Positions 63,384 through 63,895 of a stretch of 63,895 bases of DNA are shown piece by piece (within the stretch, counting starts at the first letter, position 1; each line of letters begins with the position of its first letter). Below the pieces are notes generated by a model. It was given only the letters and a program-made list of their open reading frames with translations. It was not told the origin of the DNA and made no database searches. The DNA is from an uncultured Clostridia bacterium (lineage in GTDB: Bacteria > Bacillota > Clostridia > Christensenellales > Borkfalkiaceae). The DNA is taken from NCBI GenBank assembly GCA_947630035.1, contig CANRFW010000001.1, positions 1 through 63,895 of the forward strand. The letters run 5' to 3'. A program made the translations under genes and the position numbers.

Positions 63384-63572
63384 TCAATGGGATATTTTAT
63401 CGTTTTCTTTTTTATTTAGTTGTTGTTTCCGCCGCTCGGCTTGCCACTCTTCAAACTCTCTTCTTCCTTCTTCCGTTTCAAATAATTGTTGAATCGAGGG
63501 CAATATCGCGCGCGCCAGCGTTTCGATCTCATAGTCGGGGATCCCCGTCCTATTTTTGCGCCTACGTCCCAT
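63384..63572 (-). CDS. Hypothetical small protein
   Basis: 62 aa (MGRRRKNRTGIPDYEIETLARAILPSIQQLFETEEG...). There is no well-placed SD. A downstream hairpin lies at about 63283-63309. Confidence 0.4.
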   Translation of the reverse strand: MGRRRKNRTGIPDYEIETLARAILPSIQQLFETEEGRREFEEWQAERRKQQLNKKENDKISH

Positions 63573-63619
63573 CCTGTGTCAGTCGATAAAATTACCTCCT
63601 TGTAAGATTTATTCAGTTG

Positions 63620-63895
63620 TCATTTTCCGTCTTTGCCGCTGTGATTGATTCTGATAGGCGTGTAGCACGCGGCGGGGTTGAGTTTCCGTCTGGACTTGGA
63701 GAGGAGGTCTTTATACTCGCTCGGATACGCCGTTTCCATGTCCCTGATCGCGCTCGCCGCGTCCTCGTTCCTGTGCGCCCGCCGTTCCGCATCCTGCCAA
63801 TCTTGAAAGAGGTTTCCTACCTCTCTTTGAAGTCGCTTCTGTTCCACGCGGTAGGCGGCGTTCTCCGCCCGCAATCGGGTGATCTCCTGTTCGCT
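63620..63895 (-). CDS. 3' end of a larger gene (coiled-coil C-terminus), 5' part outside the window
   Basis: The frame stays open to the window edge (SEQEITRLRAENAAYRVEQKRLQREV...). The tracked M at 63874 is an internal TTG. A possible mobilisation or recombination protein C-terminus is speculation. Confidence 0.45.
   Translation of the reverse strand, partial: SEQEITRLRAENAAYRVEQKRLQREVGNLFQDWQDAERRAHRNEDAASAIRDMETAYPSEYKDLLSKSRRKLNPAACYTPIRINHSGKDGK

Overview
This is a 64-kb window of a high-GC, Clostridia-like Bacillota chromosome. Supporting signs are strong GGAGG Shine-Dalgarno sites, canonical TTGACA-17-TATAAT promoters, mcsA-mcsB-clpC, CotF-like coat proteins and a SigF/SigB-type partner-switching module. 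About 60 protein-coding genes can be supported.

- **1-39.8 kb** is mostly core functions: an MsmX-type ABC ATPase, a sigma/anti-sigma module, S41 peptidase, cysteine desulfurase plus DUF3343, nth, ychF, argS, rubrerythrin, mcsAB-clpC, a GH51 arabinofuranosidase, mtnN-luxS-ung, Hsp20, an ABC-F ATPase, metK and ferritin.
- **39.8-53.1 kb** is a minus-strand glycan-utilisation locus. It has two large glycosidase-like proteins, a surface CBM/B-repeat protein, a sugar ABC importer without its own ATPase, and two nucleoside-hydrolase-like genes, one fused to an AraC regulator.
- **53.4-63.9 kb** is an accessory, partly AT-rich region. It holds an ADP-ribosylglycohydrolase, a protein combining an RNAP alpha-CTD-like module with sigma-70 region 4, and a triplicated regulatory cassette whose two long copies bracket a Fic gene. 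It also holds an AT-rich island with a frameshifted OLD/PARIS-like ATPase-Toprim gene convergent with a DUF3800 gene.

Operon boundaries carry a dispersed family of GC-rich hairpin repeat modules. No rRNA, tRNA or CRISPR array was seen. Most long ORFs antisense to the called genes are high-GC shadow ORFs. All family assignments come from motif recognition by eye; no database search was run.
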